Shown here: one piece after another, positions 15,511 through 24,628 of the stretch
Position numbering within the stretch: position 1 is the first letter of the stretch
How the letters are laid out: every line of letters starts with the position of its first letter
Source: a virus
Taxonomy: Duplodnaviria > Caudoviricetes
IMG/VR virus record: IMGVR_UViG_3300048623_000036
Span: 1 to 52,138 of that record
DNA: 52,138 nucleotides
Direction: 5' to 3' (one strand)
Notes under the pieces: generated by a model
Seen by the model: only the letters and a program-made list of their open reading frames with translations
What the model was told of the DNA's origin: nothing
Databases searched by the model: none
Made by a program: the position numbers and the translations under genes

Positions 15511-17739
15511 ATGCAAGGCGTCGAGATCTTTTTCAAGTACCTCTTCGGGCCATCAGTCCAAGGTTATGTCTGCCTGGCCAGCCTGACCAAGTCTAGAGAT
15601 GGGTGGAAGGAAAGCTTCTTCCAGTGGCCAGCTCAGTTAGACGACATGATCGACTTCGTGGCCAAGCGTATCAATACACACAACCTGTACGTCTGTCCGC
15701 AGATCCTGAGCAAGCCGACCAGGAGGAAAGAGTTCGTCAAGGCCTGCCCATCAGCCTGGGCTGATCTGGATCAGTGCAACCCTGACGATTGCATCGTACC
15801 ACCTACCATCTCGATCAGGTCCTCTGAAGGCCGTTACCAAGCGTACTGGGTGTTTGAGGATGCAATGCCTCCGGAAGAGGCAGAGAGCATCAGTCAGCGA
15901 ATCGCATACTATCATGCCTTTCAGGGTGCAGATAAGTCAGGCTGGGACCTGACGCAGATGCTACGCGTACCGCATACACACAATTACAACCACGGTCGTG
16001 ATGACGAGGTTGTAGAAGTGCTGAACATCTCACGTAGTAAGTATCGCATCGAGGACTTCGAGAAATATCCCCAGATCGTCAAGGATAAGGTAGAGCAACT
16101 TGACATACCTCAGCACCTAGGCGATCAGACCGGGGAGGATATACTCGGGAAGTATGCTGAGGTTCTACCTCCACAGGTGGACTTTCTCTTCAGCAACATA
16201 CCAGATTCAGATAGCTGGAGTGAGTCGCTCTGGAAGTTGCAGATGTTCTGTTTCGAAGCAGGCCTCTCAGCTGAAGAGGTTTATCTAGTCGCTCGAGACT
16301 CGAGCTGCAACAAGTACAAACGCGACAACAAGTCGATGGAGTACCTATGGAAGGAGGTATGCCGATCACGTGTCAAACACGCGGAAGTAGCGAAGCTCAC
16401 AGCACCACAGGATGCAGTTGAGCAGCCTCCACTTCTGACTAAAACCGAACGCGATCAGGTTGAAGCGAACAAAGGTCGAAGCGACTTCGTTGACGACTAC
16501 ATCGCATGGGCGAGATCACTAGGTGACGCAGCACCTCAGTACCATCAAGCAGGTGCATTCGTCATCCTGAGCGCGTTGCTGGGTGGTTCAGTGAGACTAC
16601 CTACGTCGTTCGGTACGATGAAGCCTAACCTGTGGTTCATGATCCTTGCAGACACAACCCTGACGCGGAAAAGCACTGCAATGGACATCGCCATGGACCT
16701 GATCGAGGAGGTTGACAGTGGCGCTATTCTCGCAACAGATGGAAGCATCGAAGGCCTCATGGGTTCGCTATCCACAAGGCCAGGACAGCCTTCGGTATTC
16801 CTGCGGGACGAGTTCTCTGGTCTACTCGAAGCCATCACCAAGAAAGACTACTACGCCGGAATGGCGGAGACACTTACGAAGCTCTACGACGGGAAGCTTC
16901 AAAAGAGAGTCCTGAAGAAGGAAGTCATCGAGGTCAAGGATCCTGTACTCGTCCTCTTCGCGGGTGGTATTCGAAACAAGGTATGTGGACTCCTAACGGT
17001 AGAACATATCTCCAGTGGGTTCGTGCCTCGCTTCGTGTTCATCACTGCAGAGTCTGACACATCTCGAGTTCGACCTCTTGGTCCTCCAACACAGCCGAAC
17101 ACTACAGGTCGCAAGGACATGCTCTCTCGTATGAGAGATATGTACATGCACTACAGACTGGAGCCAAGACTCGTCACCATCGACGGACGGTTACAGTACA
17201 ATGCGCCACCTCACTGGGATGCACGGCTCACGCCTGAAGCCTGGTATAGATACAACGTACTCGAAGCGGACATGATGAAGGCTGGCCTAGCATCTGATCA
17301 GCCAGAGATTATGACACCTATGTACGACCGCCTGTGCAAGTCAACACTCAAGGCAGCAGTACTGATAGCCTCATCTAGACAACGACCTGAGACAGGCGAA
17401 GAAGTTGAGGTGACACGCGACGACCTCCTACGGGCTATCGGTCTAGCTGAGGAGTGGCGTGAGTACGGTAACATGATCATCAAGGACGTAGGCATCACTC
17501 AGAATGAGAAGGAGTTTCAGCGCATCCTCGAAGCTGTGATCCGAAAGCCTGGTATCAGCCGTAGTCAGTTGATGCAGAACCACCACCTCACGGCACGTAC
17601 AGCAGATGCAATCTTCTCAACACTGGAGCAGCGAGGCCTCATTAACCGTCACCGTACTGCAGGTCAAAAGGGTGAGCGAATCTTTCCCAACAAGGCACCA
17701 TCCAAAGTAAGGATCAGTGAACATGAAGCGTCTCAGTGA
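15511..17739 (+). CDS. RepB-family primase fused to a DUF3987-like helicase domain
   Basis: WADLD, SSEGRYQAYW, MLRVP primase motifs; RKST and DEF NTPase motifs; C-terminal wHTH. Confidence 0.85.
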   Translation: MQGVEIFFKYLFGPSVQGYVCLASLTKSRDGWKESFFQWPAQLDDMIDFVAKRINTHNLYVCPQILSKPTRRKEFVKACPSAWADLDQCNPDDCIVPPTISIRSSEGRYQAYWVFEDAMPPEEAESISQRIAYYHAFQGADKSGWDLTQMLRVPHTHNYNHGRDDEVVEVLNISRSKYRIEDFEKYPQIVKDKVEQLDIPQHLGDQTGEDILGKYAEVLPPQVDFLFSNIPDSDSWSESLWKLQMFCFEAGLSAEEVYLVARDSSCNKYKRDNKSMEYLWKEVCRSRVKHAEVAKLTAPQDAVEQPPLLTKTERDQVEANKGRSDFVDDYIAWARSLGDAAPQYHQAGAFVILSALLGGSVRLPTSFGTMKPNLWFMILADTTLTRKSTAMDIAMDLIEEVDSGAILATDGSIEGLMGSLSTRPGQPSVFLRDEFSGLLEAITKKDYYAGMAETLTKLYDGKLQKRVLKKEVIEVKDPVLVLFAGGIRNKVCGLLTVEHISSGFVPRFVFITAESDTSRVRPLGPPTQPNTTGRKDMLSRMRDMYMHYRLEPRLVTIDGRLQYNAPPHWDARLTPEAWYRYNVLEADMMKAGLASDQPEIMTPMYDRLCKSTLKAAVLIASSRQRPETGEEVEVTRDDLLRAIGLAEEWREYGNMIIKDVGITQNEKEFQRILEAVIRKPGISRSQLMQNHHLTARTADAIFSTLEQRGLINRHRTAGQKGERIFPNKAPSKVRISEHEASQ

Positions 17740-18421
17740 CAGCGTTGCCGTGGTGAGTGGTGGCATGGACTCCGTGACCATGCTCTACCTCATGGTGCAG
17801 CGACTCTGTATTCCTCACGTCGTCAGCTTCGACTACGGACAGAAGCACGTCAAGGAACTGGAGTGCGCCGCATACCACGCTGACCTTCTAGGCCTACGAC
17901 ACACCGTCGTTCCGATGAAGCACCTCGGCGACTTCCTCAACTCGGCGCTCACCGACAGCGAGACGGATGTGCCTGAGGGTCACTATGCTGCGGAGAACAT
18001 GAAGGCAACCGTCGTCCCTAACCGCAACATGATCATGATGTCTATCGCAGCAGGCATCGCCGTGAGCGAGAAGGCTGCATACCTCGGCGTCGGCATGCAC
18101 GCAGGCGATCACGCGGTGTACCCTGACTGTCGTCCGGAGTTCGTCGTGCACATGGAGACGACGCTGAAGATCGCCAACGACGGCTTCATCCACCCCAACT
18201 TCCAGATCTTCTCGCCGTTCATCAACTCGACCAAGGGCGACATCGTCACCGTCGGGATGAACCTCAAGACCTTCCTGAACTACGGCAAGACGTGGAGCTG
18301 CTACAAGGGTGGCGAGCTGCACTGTGGCAAGTGTGGCACGTGCGTCGAGCGCAAGGAAGCCTTCCAGCTCGCCTGTTACGACGACCCGACGCAGTACGAG
18401 ACCACCGAGGCGATCGCATGA
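17723..18421 (+). CDS. queC: 7-cyano-7-deazaguanine synthase
   Basis: SGGMDS, FDYGQKH, VPNRN, YPDCR, TWSCY, CGKCGTC. Confidence 0.97.
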   Translation: MKRLSDSVAVVSGGMDSVTMLYLMVQRLCIPHVVSFDYGQKHVKELECAAYHADLLGLRHTVVPMKHLGDFLNSALTDSETDVPEGHYAAENMKATVVPNRNMIMMSIAAGIAVSEKAAYLGVGMHAGDHAVYPDCRPEFVVHMETTLKIANDGFIHPNFQIFSPFINSTKGDIVTVGMNLKTFLNYGKTWSCYKGGELHCGKCGTCVERKEAFQLACYDDPTQYETTEAIA

Positions 18422-18693
18422 GCGACCCGCTACAGATCGAGCTAGCCTACATCGACCGGATCGAGAAGCTCGAGAAGGAACTCCTCGAGGCTACACACCT
18501 CCTGGCTGCAGTCGTACACTGCAACGGAGGCGAGGTGACTCTGACCCAGGAGCTCATGACTACTGCTCCGGCAGGTGCAACGCTCGCAGTACACAATGAC
18601 CCTGAGGCGTTGACAGTCACGCTGCAACTTACCAACACGGATGAGGATGAGAAGGGGGGTTCGGATGACGCTTCAGGGAACGACGGTAGTTAG
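18418..18693 (+). CDS. Hypothetical protein inside the que cluster
   Basis: ATGA overlap with queC. Confidence 0.6.
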   Translation: MSDPLQIELAYIDRIEKLEKELLEATHLLAAVVHCNGGEVTLTQELMTTAPAGATLAVHNDPEALTVTLQLTNTDEDEKGGSDDASGNDGS

Positions 18694-19216
18694 TGTCAAG
18701 CACAACTTCGAGACCGCGCACCGTCTCCCGTTTCTGGGTGGCAAGTGTCAGAATCTACACGGTCATTCCTGGCACGCAAGGATCGGTCTACTCAATACCC
18801 ACTACCCTGAGGGCATCAACGAACACGGTATCAGCATCGAGTATGGTCTCGTCAAGAACGTGATCCGCGGCTGGATCGATAGTCACCTCGATCACGGCAC
18901 TATGCTCGGTGCACAAGATACGCTCGCCCAGTTCAGCTTCAGGACGCAACTAGGCAAGGTGTTCATCTTCGGTAGCGAGTTCGAGGGCGAATACCCTGCA
19001 GGTTCCATCACTGGCGTCTATACAGAGCTTCCATGGCCTACTGTGGAGGCTGTAGCGAAGATGCTCGCGGACAAGTTGCAGGAAGCCCTCGAGCAGTCCT
19101 GTGGCAGTCATATCTGGATCGACACCGTTGAGGTACGAGAGACAGCAGTCAATAGCTCGGTCTACATGCCTGGCTTCCTTCGCACGATGGAGAAGGTCGA
19201 TGCTGCGGATCAGTGA
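18665..19216 (+). CDS. queD: 6-carboxy-5,6,7,8-tetrahydropterin synthase
   Basis: AHRL, CQNLHGHSW, LDH, PTVE, ET. Confidence 0.95.
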   Translation: MTLQGTTVVSVKHNFETAHRLPFLGGKCQNLHGHSWHARIGLLNTHYPEGINEHGISIEYGLVKNVIRGWIDSHLDHGTMLGAQDTLAQFSFRTQLGKVFIFGSEFEGEYPAGSITGVYTELPWPTVEAVAKMLADKLQEALEQSCGSHIWIDTVEVRETAVNSSVYMPGFLRTMEKVDAADQ

Positions 19217-19895
19217 AGTGTACACCAGCATTCAGGGTGAAGGTCCTGGTGCCGGTTCACCTACCCAGTTCGTCAGGTTCGCCGGCTGCAACTTGAAGTG
19301 CCCTGGCTGGCCTTGCGACACTCAGCATGCCATCGATCCGAAGCTCTATCGGAACGAGTGGGAGACGATCAGTCCAGATACTCTCCTCAACCATGTGGAG
19401 TCATGGCCACGAGCTGTCACGCTGACTGGTGGAGAGCCTCTCCTTCAGAACAAAGACGATCTCGAAGAGTTTGCCATTCGACTACTGCAGCTCGGTTATA
19501 GTATTGAGCTGTTCACAAACGGTACGTACCTGCTTCCTCACTGGTTGTCCCATCAGGGTATACGTACCCGCATAATCATGGACTGGAAACTCCCGGACAG
19601 CGGAGAGGATCCCGACAATGAGACTCGCATCACAAACCTACAGTACCTCCGTAACCGTGATGCGATCAAGTTCGTATGTGCATCACGGAGGGACTTCGAC
19701 TCCGCACGGGAGATCGCACGCGAGTACATGCTCGAGGGAGGACGTCCGCAGCTCTACCTAGGCGTCGCATGGGGAAAGCTGGAGGAGAAGGAGCTCGTCG
19801 AGTGGATGCTGAAGGAACAGCTTCGCAGTGACGCATGGAAGCTGAACGTGCAGGTGCACAACTACATCTGGCCGAGGGACGAACGAGCGAGGTAG
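19200..19895 (+). CDS. queE: 7-carboxy-7-deazaguanine synthase (radical SAM)
   Basis: SIQGEG, FVRFAGCNLKCPGWPCDT, TGGEP, TNG, QVH. Confidence 0.95.
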   Translation: MLRISEVYTSIQGEGPGAGSPTQFVRFAGCNLKCPGWPCDTQHAIDPKLYRNEWETISPDTLLNHVESWPRAVTLTGGEPLLQNKDDLEEFAIRLLQLGYSIELFTNGTYLLPHWLSHQGIRTRIIMDWKLPDSGEDPDNETRITNLQYLRNRDAIKFVCASRRDFDSAREIAREYMLEGGRPQLYLGVAWGKLEEKELVEWMLKEQLRSDAWKLNVQVHNYIWPRDERAR

Positions 19896-19897
19896 CA

Positions 19898-20629
19898 GTG
19901 GCACACTGGAAGTCACCTCTCGTATATCTAGTTCGTAATGGTAAGACTGTAGTCAATAGAGAGGAAGTCCCCTTGGAAGAGCCTAAGGTAGTAGACATTG
20001 TAGGTCCCCTGACTGGCTCGACCTACAAGATCCCCATCGCACCTGGCATCGGGGAATGGGACCTCTCCACGATCGATCCTGAAGTCCTCGCCGATGCACT
20101 TCTGCGCCGTCTTACTTCCACCTACGAGCCCAACAAGGATCACAGTCGTGATACCGCACGTCGCTGGGTCGCTTCGATGCGGGAACTGGTGACTCCTGAG
20201 CCCTTCAACTTTACCACCTTCCCAGCGACATCGGATGAGATGATCGTACTCGGACCGATGCCCTTCTACACCATGTGCGCTCATCATGTGATTCCATTCT
20301 ACGGACAGGCCTACATCGGCTACGTACCCAAAGACTCGATCGCAGGTCTCAGCAAGTTCGCACGCCTAGTGAAGAACATGGCCAAGGGACTGTGGGTGCA
20401 GGAGGAGCTTACCGGAGCCATCGCCGATGGTATCGAAGCAGAGCTCGAGCCACGAGGTGCGGCAGTCGTCCTCGAAGGTGAGCACATGTGCATGTCGATG
20501 CGTGGCGTGCAGATGCCTGGCGTTGTCACCACTACATCGTCGATGCGCGGAGTCTTCGGCGATCACGAAAGGACTGCGAAGGCAGAGTTTCTACAGATCA
20601 TCGCTCCAAGGAGGAAGACCAGTGGCTGA
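19898..20629 (+). CDS. folE: GTP cyclohydrolase I
   Basis: CAHH, GLSK, VQE, HMCMSMRG; start uncertain. Confidence 0.95.
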   Translation: MAHWKSPLVYLVRNGKTVVNREEVPLEEPKVVDIVGPLTGSTYKIPIAPGIGEWDLSTIDPEVLADALLRRLTSTYEPNKDHSRDTARRWVASMRELVTPEPFNFTTFPATSDEMIVLGPMPFYTMCAHHVIPFYGQAYIGYVPKDSIAGLSKFARLVKNMAKGLWVQEELTGAIADGIEAELEPRGAAVVLEGEHMCMSMRGVQMPGVVTTTSSMRGVFGDHERTAKAEFLQIIAPRRKTSG

Positions 20630-21005
20630 GCCTATTGCTGAAGCGAAGATGAACTTACTGGATGTACTGGTAAGACAGTGCATTAAGGATAGTGCGGAGT
20701 GGTTTCCTGAGGCTGCAAACGCCATGGCTACCGATCCGACACACCGCGTAAGAGCCTTAGTGCACCACAGCCTTGCGCTCGCAGGTGAGGTGGGTGAGCT
20801 CGCAAACCTGGTGAAGAAGGTGGATCGTGGATCGACTGATATCACTGGCATCGTCTTCCTCAACGATGCAGGCGAAGAGTTAGTGGACGTTCTCATCTAC
20901 GTCCTCAACCTCGCAGGCATCCTGGGTGTCGATCTCCTGCAGGGCTACCTCAAGAAGCGTGACAAGAACGTCTCACGCTTCGCGAAGAACGGAACCGTCG
21001 CATGA
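20622..21005 (+). CDS. mazG: MazG-like nucleotide pyrophosphohydrolase
   Basis: LAGEVGELANLVKK...EELVDVLIY; AAGGAGG RBS before GTG 20622. Confidence 0.9.
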   Translation: MAEPIAEAKMNLLDVLVRQCIKDSAEWFPEAANAMATDPTHRVRALVHHSLALAGEVGELANLVKKVDRGSTDITGIVFLNDAGEELVDVLIYVLNLAGILGVDLLQGYLKKRDKNVSRFAKNGTVA

Positions 21006-21232
21006 CCAAGGAAGAACTAGTCGAGCTTCTCGACGTCTACTCGAAAGAGTTCGACGCGCTGTGCGCTGAGCGTCATGAGATGGGCGCTGAGAAGTATGGA
21101 CCCGGAAAGTTCCTCACGGTCGATACCCTTCAGGAAGCTCTCGAGGAGATCGTCGACCTCTCGAACTACGCACGCTACACGTTCATCAAGCTTCGTGCAC
21201 TGCAAGATCGACTCCCGGAGATCGTCGGATGA
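21002..21232 (+). CDS. Second all-alpha (MazG-fold) NTP pyrophosphatase-like protein
   Basis: R..MGAEKYG...EALEEIVDLSNY acidic motif. Confidence 0.65.
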   Translation: MTKEELVELLDVYSKEFDALCAERHEMGAEKYGPGKFLTVDTLQEALEEIVDLSNYARYTFIKLRALQDRLPEIVG

Positions 21233-21966
21233 AGCTCGCACTCATACCTCCACGCATCAGCCTGATCAACACTCAGAACACAGGATACCACCTCCTACTG
21301 CCTGAGCACGCAGATGACGCATACTATGAGAGCTACTACAACTGGCGTCGTGCGTGTGGTGATTTTCTCATGCTTGACAACGGGATCGCAGAAGGCAAGC
21401 CTACCGACCCTGAAGACCTCCTGGGAGTAGCCTTCAAGTATATGGTCAACGAAGTCGTTGTCCCTGACGTACTCTGTGACATGAAGGCCACCATACAGGC
21501 TGCGTGGGACTTCGAACAGTATGCAGATGAGGCACGCTCATTCAACTACATGGGTGTGGTACAGGGAAGCACTCTCGAAGAGCTGCTCAGCTGCATGCAC
21601 GACTTCGCTGTAATGGAGTACATCGACACTCTGGCTATCCCCAGACACGTCGAGACCACAGTCGGCTTCGGTACTCGACTCCGACTGGTCGAGCATGCCT
21701 TCAAGACGTACGACAAGGAAATCCACCTCCTCGGTACCAATCCTCGTGCGATGAGTGAACTACGAACATACGCTGAGCACTACCGCCTGTATGGCGTTCG
21801 TGGTATCGATACTGCTTCGCCGTACTACTACGCGATGGCAGGACAGTTCATCATCGAGGAGAATCACGTAGCACGTCCTGAAGGATACTACGACGACTGC
21901 AACTATGACGAGCATCTCGCACAGCAAAACGTCGCAGTCGTGAAGGCGTGGGTGTATGGAAACTAA
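21229..21966 (+). CDS. dpdA: Minimal TGT-fold 7-deazaguanine transglycosylase (divergent DpdA-like)
   Basis: LMLDNG, VVPD, MGVVQG, IHLLG, GIDT motifs in TGT order; position next to que genes. Confidence 0.7.
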   Translation: MKLALIPPRISLINTQNTGYHLLLPEHADDAYYESYYNWRRACGDFLMLDNGIAEGKPTDPEDLLGVAFKYMVNEVVVPDVLCDMKATIQAAWDFEQYADEARSFNYMGVVQGSTLEELLSCMHDFAVMEYIDTLAIPRHVETTVGFGTRLRLVEHAFKTYDKEIHLLGTNPRAMSELRTYAEHYRLYGVRGIDTASPYYYAMAGQFIIEENHVARPEGYYDDCNYDEHLAQQNVAVVKAWVYGN

Positions 21967-24352
21967 TGATGACCCTCGATCCGGACGAAAACATCCACTG
22001 GCAGAGTGTGAGCGATGCTCCCTACGAGATAGTGGAGTGTTCGTGCCGACAAAGTTCCCATCGACACGAGATGGACAGCCTCCTGTATATGCTGTTGTGG
22101 GAGAAGCACCCGGAGTCCAAGAAGCTCATCGTGGCATCCCCTTCACCGGACCCTCAGGGAAGCTCCTCGACCGAGTGTTGGAACATCACAACATTGCCCG
22201 AGAGGATGTGACCTTAACCAATGCGGTACTCTGTAGACCGCCGGACAACGACCTCAAGCCTCACAAAGGGGCTGTGGGATATTGCAGTAAGCGTCTCGCA
22301 AGTGATCTGGCTGGAACGGAGAGAGCTCTGGCACTGGGCAACACGGCGGCCCAGGTCCTTCTTGGAACGACACGCAACATCACTGCGCTCCGTATCGGGC
22401 CGCCTAAGCCATCTCGGCTCGTGGACGGTCTCGAGGTCGTCGCCTCGTTTCATCCGGCCTATTGTCTTCGATCAGGAGACAACTTCCCCAGCCTCGTCAA
22501 AGACGTCGGAAAGCTTCGACACATCCCCATCCACTGGGAGCCACCTCAATACGTCGTCGCGACTGAGGTTGATCAAGCAGTCGGGTATCTCACCCAGCTC
22601 ATCGACCGAACGGAACTTGAAGAGCTGGTAGTTGACATCGAGACTGGTATCGACAAGGAGAACTCGTACGACCACCCCAACCACTACCAGATGCTGTGTG
22701 TAGGTATCTGCTATGCGAAGGGGAAAGCCGTTGTCATTGGAGAGGAGCCCCTTAAGGACAAGGGAGTTCTCGATCTTCTGCGAAAACTACTCTCATCCCG
22801 TAAACTTGTCGAGCAGAATGGAAAGTTCGACAATAGCGGACTCTACCCTCTACTGGGCGACATTCGCACCTGGTTCGATACCATGCTGGCCAGTTACTGT
22901 ATCGACGAGCGTCCAGGTAACCACGGACTGAAGCAGAACGTAACCGAGATCCTAGGTATGCCTGACTACGAGGCAGAGATCCAGAAGTACCTCGGTGTAG
23001 GTAAGCAGAAGAACTACGCCACGATTCCCCGTCCGATTCTCTACAAGTACAATGCCTACGATGTCGTAGGTACTTGGGATCTGAAAGAGCACTACATCGT
23101 GGAACTCGACAGACTCGGTCTACGAGGTCTCCACGACTTCCTGGTAGCTGCCGCCAATGAGCTCAAGTTCCTGGAGCTCAACGGAATCAAGATCGACAGG
23201 CAATGGAACCTTCAGCTGAGCCAGGAGTACCTAGAGACTCTGGCTGACCTCGAAGAGAAGATGGATCTATTCCTTCCCGAAGGCGCGGTATACGATAAGC
23301 GAGGCGGTATCAATCCTCGTTCATGGCAGCAGCTTCTGAACTTCTTCCACGACAACAACATCATGATCAAGGACACCACGAAAGACACTCTCGAGGCGTT
23401 GTACGATCAGAGGGAGAAGCTGCAACTTCAGTCGTTCATCGTTAGCTTTCTGGAGCTCCTACTTCAACATCGCAAGGAAGCCAAGGCGTATGGTACCTAT
23501 GTGAAGGGTATTGCATCACGACTGTACCGTGGTCGCGTATACACCACCTATTCACTCCATGGTACAACTTCAGGTCGTCTGGCATCGAGGAACCCCAACC
23601 TTCAGAACATCATTCGTAACAACAAGATCAAGAAGCAGTTCATCGTTTCAAAGCCAGAGAACGTCTTCGTCGGCGCTGACTACAAGCAGGCTGAAGGTCG
23701 TGTCATCTGCACCCTCGCCCAGGACGAATACCTGAGGAAGATCTTCAGTGACCCTGACGCTGACCTGTTCACTTCGCTCGGACGGGATCTGTATGGGCGT
23801 TCAGAGAAGTTGTCGAAAGACGAACGTGTTCGAGTCAAGGCCTACTTTTACGGTCTGGGTTATGGGCGTGAAGCTTACAGCATCGCCAAAGAGTGGGGGA
23901 TGTCAGTACGTGAGGCCGAGGAAGGCCTCACCGCGTTCATGGATATCATCCCAAACGTACGCGACTGGCAACTACAAGTGCAACAGTCTATCCTCGATGG
24001 AGAAGACCTTGTTACATCATTCGGACGTCGACGTCGCTTCCAGCTCATTACCAAAGAGAACCGTAAAGACGTCCTCAAAGAAGGTCTGTCCTTCCTGCCT
24101 CAATCTACTTCCTCCGACATCTGCCTCTCGGCATTCATTCGTCTGCGACCAATGCTTCGAGGTCGTGCCTTCATTCGCCTCACTATTCATGACGCGCTCT
24201 ATGCCGAGTGCGCTGAGGAACACAAGGAAGAGGTGGGTGATATTCTTCGCTCTGTCATGGTTGAAGAAGGAGCGAAGTGGACCGACTACGTCCCGTTCGC
24301 AGTAGATCTCAGTTATGGCAAGTCCTGGGGCGAAATGGAAGATGTTGACTAA
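21956..24352 (+). CDS. polA: Family A DNA polymerase with an N-terminal family-4 uracil-DNA glycosylase and 3'-5' exonuclease
   Basis: UDG: CERC, GEAPG, PF.GPSG, TNAVLCRP, FHPAY. Exo: DIET, NGKFD, YNAYD. Pol: SGRLASRNPNLQN, DYKQAE, KAYFYGLGYG, IHDA. Confidence 0.95.
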   Translation: METNDDPRSGRKHPLAECERCSLRDSGVFVPTKFPSTRDGQPPVYAVVGEAPGVQEAHRGIPFTGPSGKLLDRVLEHHNIAREDVTLTNAVLCRPPDNDLKPHKGAVGYCSKRLASDLAGTERALALGNTAAQVLLGTTRNITALRIGPPKPSRLVDGLEVVASFHPAYCLRSGDNFPSLVKDVGKLRHIPIHWEPPQYVVATEVDQAVGYLTQLIDRTELEELVVDIETGIDKENSYDHPNHYQMLCVGICYAKGKAVVIGEEPLKDKGVLDLLRKLLSSRKLVEQNGKFDNSGLYPLLGDIRTWFDTMLASYCIDERPGNHGLKQNVTEILGMPDYEAEIQKYLGVGKQKNYATIPRPILYKYNAYDVVGTWDLKEHYIVELDRLGLRGLHDFLVAAANELKFLELNGIKIDRQWNLQLSQEYLETLADLEEKMDLFLPEGAVYDKRGGINPRSWQQLLNFFHDNNIMIKDTTKDTLEALYDQREKLQLQSFIVSFLELLLQHRKEAKAYGTYVKGIASRLYRGRVYTTYSLHGTTSGRLASRNPNLQNIIRNNKIKKQFIVSKPENVFVGADYKQAEGRVICTLAQDEYLRKIFSDPDADLFTSLGRDLYGRSEKLSKDERVRVKAYFYGLGYGREAYSIAKEWGMSVREAEEGLTAFMDIIPNVRDWQLQVQQSILDGEDLVTSFGRRRRFQLITKENRKDVLKEGLSFLPQSTSSDICLSAFIRLRPMLRGRAFIRLTIHDALYAECAEEHKEEVGDILRSVMVEEGAKWTDYVPFAVDLSYGKSWGEMEDVD

Positions 24353-24436
24353 CTGGGTTTGGCTCGGAATCATAATCCTGCTACAGATATTCGGAGCACT
24401 CCTCTGTTACTGGGATAAGAAGTACGGAGACATCCT

Positions 24437-24628
24437 ATGGCATATACGTCCGAAGAACAGGCGGCGTACCGAGCAGGGCACCCCGAGTACGTCAGGAGGT
24501 CGGCGCTTCAGTCTCGTGCACGTAATAAGGCCCTCGCGACTCTCAAGGAGCGGCACAAGAGGGAGTTCGACACCATCTACGCCGCGTGCTGCAAAGAGCT
24601 CGGCCTCGAACTCAGGTGGACACGATGA
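24437..24628 (+). CDS. Basic hypothetical protein
   Basis: GGAG RBS; overlaps the next gene by ATGA. Confidence 0.65.
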   Translation: MAYTSEEQAAYRAGHPEYVRRSALQSRARNKALATLKERHKREFDTIYAACCKELGLELRWTR

